Shown here: positions 25,276 to 38,825 of the stretch, in pieces
How positions within the stretch are numbered: the first letter of the stretch is position 1
Layout of the letters: every line of letters starts with the position of its first letter
Made by a program: the position numbers and the translations under genes
Notes under the pieces: model-generated
What the model saw: only the letters and a program-made list of their open reading frames with translations
Told to the model about the DNA's origin: nothing
Database searches by the model: none
NCBI GenBank assembly: GCA_977016875.1
Contig: CDRNST010000115.1
Location: forward strand, 248,001-312,000
Direction: 5' to 3'
DNA: 64,000 nt
Source of the DNA: Pavona decussata
Taxonomy: Eukaryota

Positions 25276-27430
25276 TATTTTTTTTTTGATCGAATTTTTA
25301 ATGCATTAATACAAACATACTATTACATTCACTAACTTACACCAGCTTGCATGAGCTATGCTAACAACATGTAGAAAACTTATATTAGGCTAAGTAAGGG
25401 TTTCCAAACCGAATAGAATTTTTCTATTTGACCTTTAGACTGAAAAATTGATCTCAAAACAAGGATCTTGTTCTTGACAAGATCCAAGAAATGAAGTAAA
25501 TTCGGGGCTTTAAACTGGCTGTTTAAACCCCTAACATTCAGCGTCACAAAATTTAAATTACGCATAAGTATAATATTTTAAATAGAGTTAGCAAAATTCT
25601 GCGAGGAAAACCTTAATACTAAACATAGCAAGCGCAATGTACAAGGTACAAGGTAAAACACACAACACATATTACTAAATTACCTCCTAACAGGAGTGTT
25701 TAAGCCGCAGCCAAGTGGAGTCCAGTTAACTCCGCGAGATGGGTAGACAAACGTTTGTGCAAACGTCTCCTCTACATTTGCTTATCTTCAATTTCACTTC
25801 TCATTCTTTTAAAGTCATCATCTTTCACTATTTTCAGCGTGCCATCTTTGTTTACATACTTCAAGGTTGCAGGATAGCTGATAAAAACTTCGGAATCTTG
25901 CCCGAGCTTTTCCTGAAGGTGCTTCTTGAAAGGGAGGAGAGCTTTCCTTTTATCCTGTGTCTTCTTCGCAAAATCAGCCCAGATTCCGATCTGATATCCT
26001 TTGAAAGGGTTACCTTTTAACCTGGCCGCAGCATTAGCCAAAATCTTCATCTTGTCAGTGTAGCGTAAAAGGGCTACGTGTATTGGTCTATGCTGTTTCG
26101 TGCTCTTCGCACTAGATTTGGTTGGGGTTCGGTGTGCTAGTTTGATGTGTCCTCCAGGCCCATATGTGCAGCAATAAAGTATTGAATAAAGGCTACACAA
26201 TCGTCTCCTTCAGCTTGTTCGGGGATGTGGAAGAAAACCAGGTTGTTTCTGCGTGATCTGCTACGAATCTCTTCTAATTCATCTTCTCATTACGAAATCA
26301 TGCCCATTGAAACACGTCGCTCGTAAATGCAAATGAGCTTCATTTTGGATGTCAATCACAGCAGTCTTTTGTGTATGGTATTGTTAAAGTGACAATTTGC
26401 GGGAAGCATCTATTCATTGAAACATATTAGAAAAATAATGCAACACAAAAGAACGAAAGGCGAAGTTTATCAGCAGAAGTTGCGTGACTAAACTAAAATA
26501 AATAAAGTTGCCCTGCGCTATCAAGGAAGTGATGATATTTAGGTTATATGATGACAAACGACAGTTCCCAATAAGAATGGGTATTATGTATGCTATCATT
26601 GCGATAAAAAAGGAGGAAAACAGATAATCACGGTCTCCAGTGAATTGAAAGTAATTTGCATAATCGAGCGGCGCGGTGGAATCAAGCAAATGTAATTTTC
26701 AATTAACGAAGTGTGTTTTTACGGCAATATACTGCGATTCCAAGCAAAAATTTTGAATGAAATGATCCTAACTCAACCACATTCGATGTTAGAAGTTTAA
26801 TACGTTCCTTTAAAAGGGCGCTGCTACCGTTTCCTTACGCAAACTCCTTCTTCTTGTGCAACAAATAACCGAACACTCTTGAGGATTCATGCTGCGAGAC
26901 AAAAGATACCGCCAGCAGCGGCACGCTTTGTAATGCTCGCAAAGCGTCATGGTACCCCACTTTTATCGGGCGACGTGTTTCAATGGGTGCGATTTCATAA
27001 TGTAGTGCTTCTAGCCTTGCAGCGTCCGCCTTCTCCTCCAAGTTTGACTTTAATTCGGTCATGTCGCTGTTGACAGAGTTTAGCCCTTTTTCTAGTTCAG
27101 AGATGTTGTCTTTCATGATACTAGTCTTGGTCTCGATTTTAATTTACCCTCATTTATCTTGTCGAGCACGTCCAGCTTTTCTAATTTCTTCTGTATGTCT
27201 TTTAAGATGGCGTTGCAGTTGAGGGCGTTGAAGCGGCTGCCCTTTTCTTTGGAACTTGAGACATGCGAACGCTTTTCGCTAGTTTTTGGCGGCATCCCTG
27301 CAGTGTTATACTTAGGTCACGCTAGTTCGTTTGCTTTTTTGTTTGCTCGGACGAGCAGAGTCGTAAATTGTTAACTTATATAGCAGCGCATACAAACGCG
27401 TCTACTCCATTGGCATTATGCTAATCAAAA
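25276..27430 (-). mobile_element. Inner LINE derivative: ORF1 plus a fused ORF2 start/end, with poly(A) and a 10-bp TSD
   Basis: TSD AATCTTGCAA at 25266-25275 and 27431-27440. ORF1 motifs SRRNNLVFFHIPE, AHR and RPIHV. Mini-ORF 25380-25565. Confidence 0.8.
26293..26997. mobile_element. MITE with about 35-bp imperfect TIRs and a TA TSD, inside the inner LINE ORF1
   Basis: cgaaatcatgcccattgaaacacgtcgc versus gcgacgtgtttcaatgggtgcgatttca; TA on both flanks. Confidence 0.75.
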
Positions 27431-28875
27431 AATCTTGCAACAATTACTCTAGGTTTATCACCATCCCTCTTGCCCACTCGGTGAACTCTGAATCTCGACG
27501 CTTCTGCCATCCTTGTATCCTAGTTCCGATTCGAGAGAGGAGCTTGGCTTGCTTGGTGTCTTCTGGGTCTCTGCTATGGTTTGTTTCTTCCATGATGTTT
27601 TCGAATTTAATGTTCTCTCATCTTGAATAAGCTTCGAGCTAAAGATTTGTCGTTTCTAATTCCTTTGCTCTAGAGACTAGCTCGGTTTCTTTCTTTTCTA
27701 AGTTAGCAAGCTTCCGATCCATTTGTTCTTTATGTTTGATGAAGCTGTCGATAGCTTTTCTGCATTGAGCGTCTGAGAAGTTTACACTTTCTTTTAGCCC
27801 ACCGATGTCTCGGTTTGCCGCGGCTTGCGAACGTTGTAGGTCTCAAATCTTTGAATCCATTTTTAAAAGAGTCTCTTGGATGATGTTTACTGATTTTTCA
27901 ATAGCATCAAGTTTTCTAGCTTGGTCAGAATCTCTTGTAGCTTTTCTTTAGGCTCTCGGTCATCTTCAAAGACTTAAGCTTTGACTTCGACTTCGTCCTC
28001 ATGGTCGTGTACTTCACCAGAGCATAATTTTTCCCTTCGAAGCTTTTTGGTGTCTGGTTTTAAAGTCGGTGGCGACGATTCTTCTGATGTAGAGGAACAA
28101 ATTCTTCTTCTGTTTGTAATTTGTTTTACAATTGCTGCCATTGAAGACCAGAGAAAAATAAAACTTTCCGCGGACGGTCGTGCAACACGTCTTCACTCTG
28201 CCATTACTTCCCAGTCTCCCCAACAGGAAAAACTTATTAGCATTATAACTGTAATGTTATTGAGACATAAATCAGACCGCATTATAAGCACAACACATTT
28301 AATGAAACGAAACGAAGGTTACATGACTGCCTGATGACACCAAGCACATTGTGAACTTCGAGCCCGCAAGGACTACTGGGATAGTCTTACATAATAGCTA
28401 ACATCACATCTCCCTTCGGAGTCCAAAACAACTTATCCTAAATTGAAAAAATCAATGTTGAGTCCTTGTGAAATCAGAATAAATCAGTTCATTACAACTT
28501 CACGCCGATTTAAGTGTGTCAGTGACTCCGCTGGATTTGTTGTCTGAAGGCTCTCTTTGTTCCTTTGGGCATTCACTTCGGCAGCCGCAAAGAATGATGC
28601 AAATTAGTTCGTTTTTACTCAGTTGAAAAAAGGTGAGAACTTTACAGGAAGACCCTGAAGCGAATTCAAATGACAGGAACAATAGCCTAATTAAGCAGCC
28701 TTGAGCCGTGAAGTTGCGAGAGTATTCCTTTGTTCTTGATATTTTTAGGAACTCTGCGGAATCACTGCAGACATGGTTTTGAGTTCTTCGCAAAATATTT
28801 TACGCTGTTATTTATATCAATGAACGAAGAGTCTTTTGAGAGCTTTAAAAAGAGATCTCAAACGTGGTTTTTTAA

Positions 28876-28879
28876 GGAG

Positions 28880-28918
<39 letters not shown>

Positions 28919-29267
28919 GCGAGATACTCGGATTTCCTATGGGTGTTGCCTTCTAATACAGGAATATTTTTGCGCGGTTTAAAACTATATGGAGAAGCAG
29001 AACTCACCAAATGCTTTTGGTATCTCAAAAGAAAACTGGGGGTGACCATGGATTTTTCAGAGATAATTAAGCTTCAATTTAGGAAAAAATCCCATACATT
29101 GCTTTATATTTTGGCATTTTTTAGAGATATTACTGCTCAATAATCTCTGAAAAATGCGTGGTTACCCCCAATTTTCTTTTTGGATTCCAATAGGCCTTGC
29201 TAAGATCTGCTTTTCCTGCATAGTCATAAACCGCACAAAAATATTTTGGTATTAGTAGGCACCGTCC
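28876..29267. mobile_element. Non-autonomous DNA transposon with a TTAA TSD (Kolobok-like)
   Basis: TTAA|GGAGGGTGCCTACTA ... TAGTAGGCACCGTCC|TTAA; RR..YY termini. Confidence 0.8.
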
Positions 29268-30184
29268 TTAATCACTGTAAGCCGAGTTTCGATATTTTTT
29301 GTCAAGCGGAGCTTAGAACAGCGAGTTATTATGCTTAAGTAAATTTGTGCATGGCATGTACTGCGTGTACTGCATGGAAATGAATACCATCTGTTTAATG
29401 AAACTTTTTTTCACAAAGCGTGAAAATGAGGAGCTGTGAAAAGAGTTGTAATTGTAATTCACTGTATTTGCATACCGGCATTTGATGTTGGGCACTTTGT
29501 TTGTTATGAGTGAAGACGCGGTAGATAATAATTAAGCTTAAGTTTATGTTTCTAAAATACTTGCTCTTAGCAAAGAGATTTCAAAATATCAAACCAAAAA
29601 AGGGAATTAAAAAAAGAAAACAGGGAAATTCAGTGTGGAAGTCGCATTCTGATTATACTTAATGATGCATTGACAAACAATAACATTAGCTCTTTGGCCT
29701 ATGTACCACACGCTCTTTTTGACCTTGTTTACATTTTATACACAGTGATTCTTTAAGTTATTTTAAGCTGAAAAGCGAGAATCTTTAATAGAACGCTTTA
29801 AACAAATCGGCAAATCCATGTATCCGTTTAGCAATTGTTCGTTAGTTTGCAGGACGGGAAGTTGTTTTTTAAAAATTTTGATCCTGAAGCGGCGCGTTGT
29901 GAGTTGATGTGGTCATGGTGATTCATTTCTCTAGCTTCCCCAGGGAATGATAAAATATCTCACCTACTTCAAAGAGTTTGCGATCTTCGGAAACATGCCT
30001 TATTGTCGGAAATTGTTCGACAAAAGAGAGAACAATAGCTTGAATATATGAATACTTAACGACCCCAACATTTGGGGTACACACTTAAATCGGCTTGAAG
30101 TTGTAATGTATATTCCCTGTGATTAAAAATAACGGCAACGAGTAAGCAAAGTCTCCAAGTTCTTAGATGAATGATTAACTTCAC

Positions 30185-33100
30185 AGTCACTAGATTCTGA
30201 AACGTTCAGGTAGTCTTATTTCCCGACCGCTTCGGGTGGTTCTCCTGGAAACAACAGGTTCAGAGGTCTGCGCAAGAGTGTTTGTCTCCACGGGACTGTT
30301 GGTCTTTCCAACAACAGGAGAGGTGGGTTAGTGGCTGATGCGTCTGCTTTGAAATCTACTTTGGGTGTTCCTGGGAGAAGGTTCAGTTGGCGTCTGTTTC
30401 TCCTCAGCTGGCCATTAGGAATCTCCACTATGTAGGATCGTGAGGTACCAGCTCTGTCAACCACAGTCCCCTCAGCTTTTTCGTCTGGTAACCAAACCAC
30501 TCACCAGGAGGGAAGTCTGGGTGGGTTTTAACTGAGTGATGCCTATCGAAGTCCTTCTTTTGTATGGTTTTCAGGGAAGCATCCTTTTGTCGAAACTGCT
30601 CCAAGTATGGCCAACTTGGGCACAAAAGGGTTGGCAGGGTAGGGACTCTTGTGCGGATTTTCTCCCCATCAATAGTTCTGCAGGGATTATTCCACTCTCA
30701 AGGGGAGGAAAATGGTAAGCCATCAGAGCCTTGTAGGGATCTGCTGCTTTCTTGAGCAAGGTATTCATCGTTTGCACCTGGCCATTTGCTTGTGGGTATC
30801 TGGGGCTGGTTGTGATGTGAGTAAATCCATACTCTTCTGCAAACTTGGTGAATGAACTTGCGGAGAACTGCGGGCCGTTGTCAGACAAGAGCTGATCCGG
30901 GATGCCATGCCTTGCAAAGATGGAATTGAGGCAGATGACTACATCTGGCGATGTCATACGAGACAGCCTAGCTACTTCAACGTAGGGAGAGAAGTAGTCG
31001 GTAACAAGGAGGTAGGGTTGGCCTTTGAGCTCAAATAGGTCAGCGGCAACTTTTTGCCATGGGCGATCTGGGAGATCTGAAGGAATCTCTGGTTAAGCTG
31101 CATTGACCCGTTTTTCAATGCAGGTTGGGCACTTGTTTACCACTTCCTCCAATTGCTTGCTTAAACCTGGCCACCAGACTGAGGCTTTAGCATGCTCTCT
31201 GCATTTTGCAATGTCTTGGTGGGCTTCATGTATTCTATCTAGGACTTGTAGTCGCATGGATACTGGGATCACAAGCCAATTGCCCTTCATCAATAACCCC
31301 TGATGTATGGTTAGCTCACTTCTCTCGTTCCAGTAAGGATTAAGTGGGCCAGGAAGACGAGATCTGTCAGGCCATCCTTCAGGGCAGTACTTCATCAGTT
31401 GTCTCGTGACTTCATCTTGTTGCTGGCACCTCAGTTCTTCCAGTCGGTTCACAGTGGCAGGGAGGTACCTTACAACTGAGTCAACATAGGCTTTAATGTC
31501 ACTCTCCAACTTCTTCTCAATTTGGCTAAGGGGTCTGATAAGGGGTGCTTGCGACAGTGTGTCTCTGGTGTACAAGCGTTTTCCCGGTACATGTGAGATG
31601 GTGTAGGTGAACTGCATCATCCGCGTTCTAAACCTCTGTACCCTGACTGGGAGATCCTCCAGATTCTTGGTGCTCAGCAATGGTGCCAGGGGTTTGTGGT
31701 CAGTTTCGATGTGGAATTGCAAACCAATTAGGTAATCTGCAAAGCGTTCACTTGCCCATGTTATGCCTAAGGCCTTCTTCTCGATTTGGGGATAACGCTG
31801 CCTGTTTTTGCCGTAGGACATCTCCAAGTACGTAGGACGATGCATCAGTTGACAGTGTTGTTTGGCGTCTTGTATTGTAGTGAGCAAGGGTAGGCATTGT
31901 ACCAAGATTCCTTTTCAAGGCAGAGAAGGCCTGCTGATGTGATGCGCTCCGTGACCAGTGGTTAAGTCTTGCAGTGGCTCGGAAAGTTCCACTATCTGGG
32001 GCTATAATTTACTCAGCTGATTGACCATGCCAAGGAACCTTCTAAGTTGAGACTGGTCCTTAGGGGCTTCCATCTCTAATATGGCTTCTACTTTCTTTTG
32101 GGCAAGTCGCACTCCCTCAGAATTAATGATGCTGCCTAGGAACTCTTTTGATGGTTTTGTGAACTCGCACTTTTCTTCATTCAAGGTTAGGTTCGCATCC
32201 CGTAGCTTGCGAAGAGTGGTTTTCAGGTGCTTATCATGCTCCTTAACGGATTTACCGTGGACCGGGATATCACCCATTTGACAAAGAGCACCTTCAGTGC
32301 CTTCCAGGACCTGTGAGATCCACTTTTGAAAGTGTTCAGGGACTGAGCTGGTTCCAAAGGGTAGGCGGTTGAAGCAGAACCTGCCAAATGGAATTATAAA
32401 GGTAGTGAGCTTTGCTGACTCTGGTGAAAGGCCAATTTGTCAGAATCCAGAATTCGCATCAAGTTTGCTGAACACAGTCACTCCAGCTAATTATGGAATG
32501 GTGTTGTCGACGCTGGGTAAGGGGTGAAATTCCCTCAAAATGCTTTCATTAATTTTGGTCAGGTCCATGCAGATACGTACTTTTCCATTAGGCTTTGGCA
32601 CCACAACTATTCCAGTGCACTACTCAGTTGGCTTATCAACTTTTGAAATGATCTCCCTTTGTTCCATCCGGGAAAGTCATTCTCTCACTTTTGAAAAGAG
32701 TGGCACTGGGACTCTCCTCGGTGTACAGAGTGCGTGCGGTTTCGCATCTGGCTTCAACTTTATGACATAGTCAGGTCCATCAAGTTTTCCAAGTCCTTTG
32801 AAGAGTTTCGGGAACTCTGCCTTGAAATCTTTTGCTTCCACTTCGTTGACCTTTTCGACGACCTTTAACGCTTCAATGGCTGGTTGGCCAAGGAGGGCTT
32901 GGCAGGCTCCAGTCACAACAAATATCTCCTGCCGTGAGGTCTTGTCTCCTCGCTGGACTGTTCCAATAAAGCATCCACAAACAGGAAGAATAGTTTTGGC
33001 AAGCCCAAACAAGGTCTTGCTTGATTCTGTGGGCAAGGGGGTTTGTTGGAGCATTTTGTAGATTCTCTTGGGAATAACAGTCACGTCCGCTCCAGTGTCA

Positions 33101-33600
33101 ATTTTAAAGCGATCAGAAGAGTTGTTAAGGGTGATTCCACAGACCAAAAGGACTCGCTGGGCTCAGTCCCAATTTTGCCGAGAAATGCATAATCTTCTTC
33201 AACTTCGCCTTCAGTTTTTGAGGACTTGCAAACAGCTCCCCTGTGGCCTCTCTATGAGCATTTGTGGCACGCCGCGTCTTTTGCTGGGCAGTTTGTTTGT
33301 GGTGACCCGGCGATTTTCCACAGCAATCAAAGCGGTTCGAAGGTGGGTGTGTGGATGGATTTTTAAACAGCTTCTTCAAAGAAAATGACGAGTTTTCTTT
33401 AAATTTCGGCGTTTTCGTCAACTTCAAAGCATCGACTTCTTTCTTAGTTTCTGTGGAATCTTTGAAATCGCTCTGCAACAGGGTCTGTTGTTTCTTCACA
33501 GCTTTGCTTTGTCGCGCCTAACTTAATCGCCTTTGGCAAGGTAATTTCAGGGTGGAATTGGAGTTTCTCCGACAATTTTAAGTCTTGAAGACCAACCACA
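30185..33600 (-). pseudogene. Degraded Gypsy gag-pol (protease, RT, RNase H, integrase)
   Basis: FKIDTGADV, KLDANSGF, RRFLGMVN, YPQIEK, ETDHKPL, VWWPG, SDNGPQF, YPQANG. No LTRs recognised. Confidence 0.9.
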
Positions 33601-33619
33601 TTTTTTGACGTCATTTTAT

Positions 33620-34444
33620 GGTCTATAAGAGTATAGAACATAGGAAACTGCCGTCGATTTGTTAAACATATCTCAGCTTTTTCTGTGCTCATTTTGAACA
33701 CAAAGCTTCCATTTTCATTATTGAAGTAGTGGTTGTTTATCTTCCAAATTAAATACCTGTCCTTCTCGTCTGCTTTTTTCTTAATTTCCACAACTGCATC
33801 GAAGTTGTGCCCATATGCATGTATACTGTTAACCACTTTCGCCGTGGTGTTCTTTACCTTTTTTAATCAAGCATGGCTTCGGCTACATTCTCTACATCCG
33901 ACCACATTCTGCCTTCCCTGATCATGGTTGTAAGTTTGGCTGTGGGAAGCCCGGAGGGTTTTACCATTGAATTTGTTTTTAAAAACTCTTCAAGGTCCCT
34001 TTGCATGTGTAAACTGGGTTTGCGAATGGCTGTGCACATGTGTTTCCAAGTGTGGTAAACAGTAGCATAATTTGAATCTTGTGGATACTCACTGATCTTT
34101 CTCGCACAGCACGGTATGAATTACCCTTTACACTTGCATGATTTGCAGCGTGTTCTCTCCAGACCTAACAAACTGTCACTGTTCGGCTTTCCAAATTGTT
34201 TCTCATAGGGACAGTCTTTGTTGGGACACAGGTAAGAGCCGCCACAAGATTGAACATTTTGCTTTCCACTGAAACCTTTTTCGACCCATGGTTTCCACGG
34301 ACGACCATCTCTAACTTTCCGTTCATCTTTATCAAATTGAACCTGAAACACTCTTGTACTGTCTTTGTCATATCGTAACTCATTCCCAACTTCAATGCTG
34401 ACATCGTTCATAGACATGGACCCAGCTTGATTCTCTTCCCACAA
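33620..34444 (-). pseudogene. Probable Mutator-like transposase N-terminal fragment (GCM/WRKY-like Cys/His region)
   Basis: DGRPW, CGGSYLCPNKDCPY, CKSC, HT.GKHMC and KDRYLIWKINN...FVFKMS. Confidence 0.45.
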
Positions 34445-34929
34445 TTATGACCTAGTCAAAGGTTGAAGAGAAATAAGGAAAAATTACACTCTCTTAGTTT
34501 TGTATCTCACTGGTGCCTGCAATAATGGGAGGATCTATTGAAATAGTCAGAAAAAGAAACTTTGTTTCAAAGGCAAATGGGATTTGAAATTTTAAGTAAA
34601 GATTGGCAGCCACGTATTATTTTAAGGAAACGTCAGTGAACAGCTTTTGAACGTTTTTGCATGTAGATTTGTTCTATGCTAGTTTCTGTTTACCTTCTTT
34701 CCTTGTGTATTCCCTCAGATCATCTTTGACTGATCTGCCTTTGAAAAATGCATTGATATGATTCAACCCCACCCATCCCTATCTTACAGGGAAAAGGGGG
34801 ACTGCAGGAGCCCATCACACAGGGTAATTGACTCCTGGGGACTGTGAACAGTCTATAAGCTGCTCAAATCCATTTTTTGGCAAGCGAGAGGAGGAACTGG
34901 GACCAATGCAACCTTCCAGCGTGTCATAA

Positions 34930-35147
34930 AGGCTGGTTTCCATATGATCGCAGATCGCAATAAGGTCTGCAATCGTCTGCGATCATATGGAAACCACTTC
35001 TGCGATCGTCTGCGATCCTGCGATCGCGATTGCAGACGATCGCAGAAGATAGAACCATGTTCTATCTAAAGGCTGGTTCCCATATGATCGCAGACGATCG
35101 CAGACCTTATTGCAATCTGCGATCCTCAATCATATGGAAACCAGCCT
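34930..35147. mobile_element. Palindromic PIF/Harbinger-like MITE
   Basis: TAA|AGGCTGGTTTCCATATGAT ... ATCATATGGAAACCAGCCT|TAA, with many internal GATCGCAG motifs. Confidence 0.8.
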
Positions 35148-36779
35148 TAAATGCGACAGAAATCTTTTAGCGATTTTATTTTTAAGTGTAGAAAGATCTT
35201 CGAATGAAATATTGTTTAATTTAGAGATCATAAATTTGATAGTATTTGAAAAACAACACACCTAACGAAGTAACACGCAGATGAATGAACACCCGAAGCC
35301 ACAGCAGACCCAGACTTATTTACGGACTAACTCAGGAAAACAAACGAAAGGCAATATTTTTCGCAGGGGTGCGTTCTTTCATTGCTATTTATCAACTATT
35401 TATACGGGAAATGCGCTATTTGGGGTCATCTGTGTGAAGAAAAAAAGCCCTTTCTTTTCCTTTTTTAGTTTCATACTAGGATCTATTGTATTAAAAAATT
35501 GAAAAAACTAGCTTAAGGATGTAGTTATCTCCATCAGTAAGTACTGATACTATTATCGTAAAATGTAATATCCACCCTCTACCCACCCCCCCCCCCCCAA
35601 ACGCTCCTAATAAGCCAGCCCGCGCGCGCAAACAAATTCGCAAATGAATAAAAAATCTGGATTTTAGCAAGGAAAAAAAAACGTAACTAAAGGTATCACT
35701 ATCTTAATTGTTGTTGTTGCATTGGGTATACCTGTTCAGTAATCAAGCATTTTCGCATTTTTACCCTCCTCCACCCCCCTAAAGTGGGCATGGGTGGTAT
35801 TACGTGACGAACAAACGAATCCCTGCAATGCAAGATGGACTGAACATCCTGAAAGCGCGGACATTTTTTGTCATTCTAGCAGTGATCTGATGTTATATTT
35901 TCGTGCACTGTAAACCAGGCAATACTTCACAAATGACTTAGCCATCGAAGAAGATGCAGTCTTGATGAGATGCGCCGAAAGTTGATCAAAGATTTGAATT
36001 CGACCAGTTTGCGTGGTGTACATCGGACGTTTAATACAAATAGCCGGGTCAAACTTATGCGACGAACAACCAGAGAATCGTGCTAAAATGGCTTTTGGAC
36101 CTGTCTCTTACCATATTATAAGGTTAGAACATTTCGAAATGTTTTTCTATGTGCTTATTTTAACCTAATATGGGTCAAGACATGAACACGGACTAAAAAT
36201 TATATCTGACCCGCGACTTCAAAGTTTACCGCGGGAGGTCAAATATTTAAATTTTGTACGGACATTGAAAAGCTCTCGTGTCGCTCTTAATCATTTGCCC
36301 AAAGAAATTTTTACAGGAATGTATAGACCATCCTTCTAACATTCAACCACCAGAAGCTTAATCGATTTGAAGGTTTCGCACATGGTGAAAATTAATTTTA
36401 TTCACGAAGTACTTTTACCGCAGTGAATTGTATGCCTTCGAAATTAAATTATTTCGCATACACAGAACGACGCAATTTTTCCCAAAATCATTCGAACAGA
36501 TATTTAAAGATAGCAAGAAAAGATTTTGGTGTTTTAAAAGCGGTAGAATAATTTGTTCTTGCACGCGAGGCTCTCAAACCCGTGTAACAATTTAGCGCCT
36601 CAAATGACGATTTTAACAGATTTTCGTTATTTGCATTTTTCTTTGAAATAAAAGGATATTTCACCGAAAAAACTATACAGTGATTTTAGTAATATCCTAG
36701 CCTATCTGACATTAAAATATGAAAGAAATCGAATTTTCCACCCTTGCCACGATATGTTTGATTTTTACGGACAGGCGCT

Positions 36780-37405
36780 CTTAAAAACATACCTGCCAAT
36801 GAGCTCGACCTTCTTTTGTCAAAATTTGTTATCTTCCTTCGTAAACAAGATGGCACCGAGTACGAACCGTTCTGAAGCCATGTTAGATCCAGATGCTCCT
36901 TTTTATCTCGCCATAAATCACCAACGAAAACCAAGTGAGAAAGTATGGTATCTGGATAGGCCCCTCTGAAAGAATGAAATTGGCAAATTCCTCAAAGACG
37001 CCTTTGCCTCAGCCAAACTCGATGAAACAAACAAGAAGGTTTCTAATCACTCCGTTAGGAAGACCAGTGTTGGACGACTCCTCGAAGCAGACGTTCAGCC
37101 AAATTTCGATGCACAGCTGAGCGGTCATAAAAATTTGAAAAGCCTCGACAGCTACCATTCAGCATCTCTCAAGCGACAGCAACATGTCTACTGTCCTGAA
37201 TCGTGGACCAGATACATCTGCTCAGTTCGAAGAAAACCAAGTCAGTGCCTCCACTACAACTCAGCAAAATGTCTTCACAGTCCAACAAATCCAACCTCGG
37301 GCAATTTTTGCCAGAGCACATATTGACAAGTTTGAAGGCTGCGCATTCAACATTAACGTTTTCTGTGGCGATCAGTCAAAGATCACAAGGCTGAATGAGA
37401 ACTGA
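36780..37405 (+). pseudogene. CryptonA-like tyrosine recombinase (DUF3504/ZMYM-QRICH1-like), internally deleted
   Basis: ELDLLLSKFVIFLRKQDGTEYEP is joined to PFYLAIN..VWY..PL*KNEIG..NHSVRKT..QLSGHKNLKSLDSY. Confidence 0.8.
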
Positions 37406-37680
37406 TCGCTGAGCGATCGCGGCACAGACAGGCATTAAAATTTGTTGCACTTTTGGTCGCATTTAAGAGAAAATTTTCATTAAGCCTGCAGGAAAACAAC
37501 GGTTATTTTGTCTTCATTCATTGACGAAGTTTGTACAAAGCTGTACTTTGAACAGTTATTTTTGTCCCGTTTGGACTGGAGACTAGTGAGAGAAGTAAGC
37601 CAGCTAAATGCTTGAGCCCGCGCAGGGGACAAAATATACTTTTTTCCTTTTGATTTCCCGTTTGGCCATAAAATGAATAT

Positions 37681-37800
37681 CTTATTAACCGAGCTAGGTT
37701 GGTCTGTATGGGAGAATCTTGACCTCTGTCGCTGGTACAGACCTCACTGCGTTCAGTCTGTCAGGATTCTCCCATACAGACCTCCCGCTTGGTTAATAAG
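37681..37800. repeat. Long hairpin, probably the terminus of the Crypton
   Basis: cttattaaccgagc..ggtctgtatgggagaatc versus gattctcccatacagacc..gcttggttaataag. Confidence 0.7.
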
Positions 37801-37989
37801 AACTATAGAAAGGATTTGATGATCAATTCAAGAACCATTGTCTAAATGGTTTCAGCATTGTAACTGGCTGTATTAGCATTCACATACCTTTTTTTCTGGA
37901 GAGCTGAGTGCCGTCAGATCGATCACCTGAAGCTCTACTTTTCCTTTCTTCCTTTTGTCCTGTGAAAAGTTCAGATATGTCAAGCTAAG

Positions 37990-38825
37990 TGTCGTTCATC
38001 ATCATTGGCATCTGTGGATCTCGGGAGATCATGGATCTGCACCAGGGTTAGAGCATCGTCTGCTGTGGCTGTGCAGACCGATGCGAGACTGGCAGACTCT
38101 GCCACAGGTTGTGCAGGTGAAGGAGCTGTTGGATGAAGATATGTGGCTGGCGATTCTTTTGACGAACGTGTTTCTCCTCTGCAGTCTGTCGCTGCTTGTC
38201 TTCAGACCTGGCCAAGCCAGTGTGGAGCTCATGCCTTCATATGACTCTGCCAGCCGCCAAGTCCTCCCAAGTGATGACATCGATGTCCAGTGACTTGAGG
38301 TCCCTCTTGCAAATGGGACTCACTACCATATAGGAGGGTGCTGAGGACGCATGCTCTGTACACAGCTGCTTTGGTATGAGTGGTCAACTTTTCGTTTTCC
38401 CAAACTCGCTTGGATAGTCTGGCGAAAGTTGATGCTGCTTTGCCAATGCGTCGGCTGATCTCAGTGTCCATGGAGAGGTCGTCCCTCACTGTGGAGCCCA
38501 GTTAAGTGAACTCATGGACGACATCCAACATGCTGCCATTGACTGAAATGGATGGCGGTTGTTCAACATCCTGGGCCATCACGTTGGTCTTTTTGATACT
38601 GATGGTCATCCCGAAGTCCTGGCTGATGCGAGAGAAGCTGTCCATGAGTGTGTGGAGTTGCTGTTCTGTGTGAGAGACAAGAGCTGCATCATCTGCTAAA
38701 AGCATGTCCCTGATCAACGTCCTCTGAATTTTGGTCTTGGCCTTGAGCAGAGCAAGGTCGAAAAGCTTTCGGTCTGAACGGGTATGGAGGTAGACGCCTT
38801 CTTTAGGGGTGCCAAAGGCTTGTGT
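37990..38825 (-). pseudogene. RTE (BovB-like) LINE 3' fragment
   Basis: RDMLLADDAAL, RIGKAASTFARL, VLSTLLYGSE and C-terminal CTTCGRVC..GLHSH. Confidence 0.85.

Larger units (their letters stand above)
24995..28200 (-). pseudogene. Outer LINE ORF1, split by a nested LINE at 25276-27430
   Basis: Removing the insert and one TSD copy restores HRVGKRDGDKPRVIVARFLRYKNCKNILSLGHRLKGTAHRMYQDLP...AFSKSQPDKL. Confidence 0.75.

Noticed and set aside
30185-33600. LTRs for the second Gypsy
   Set aside because: No flanking direct repeats found; the 5' end is truncated against the MULE-like fragment.
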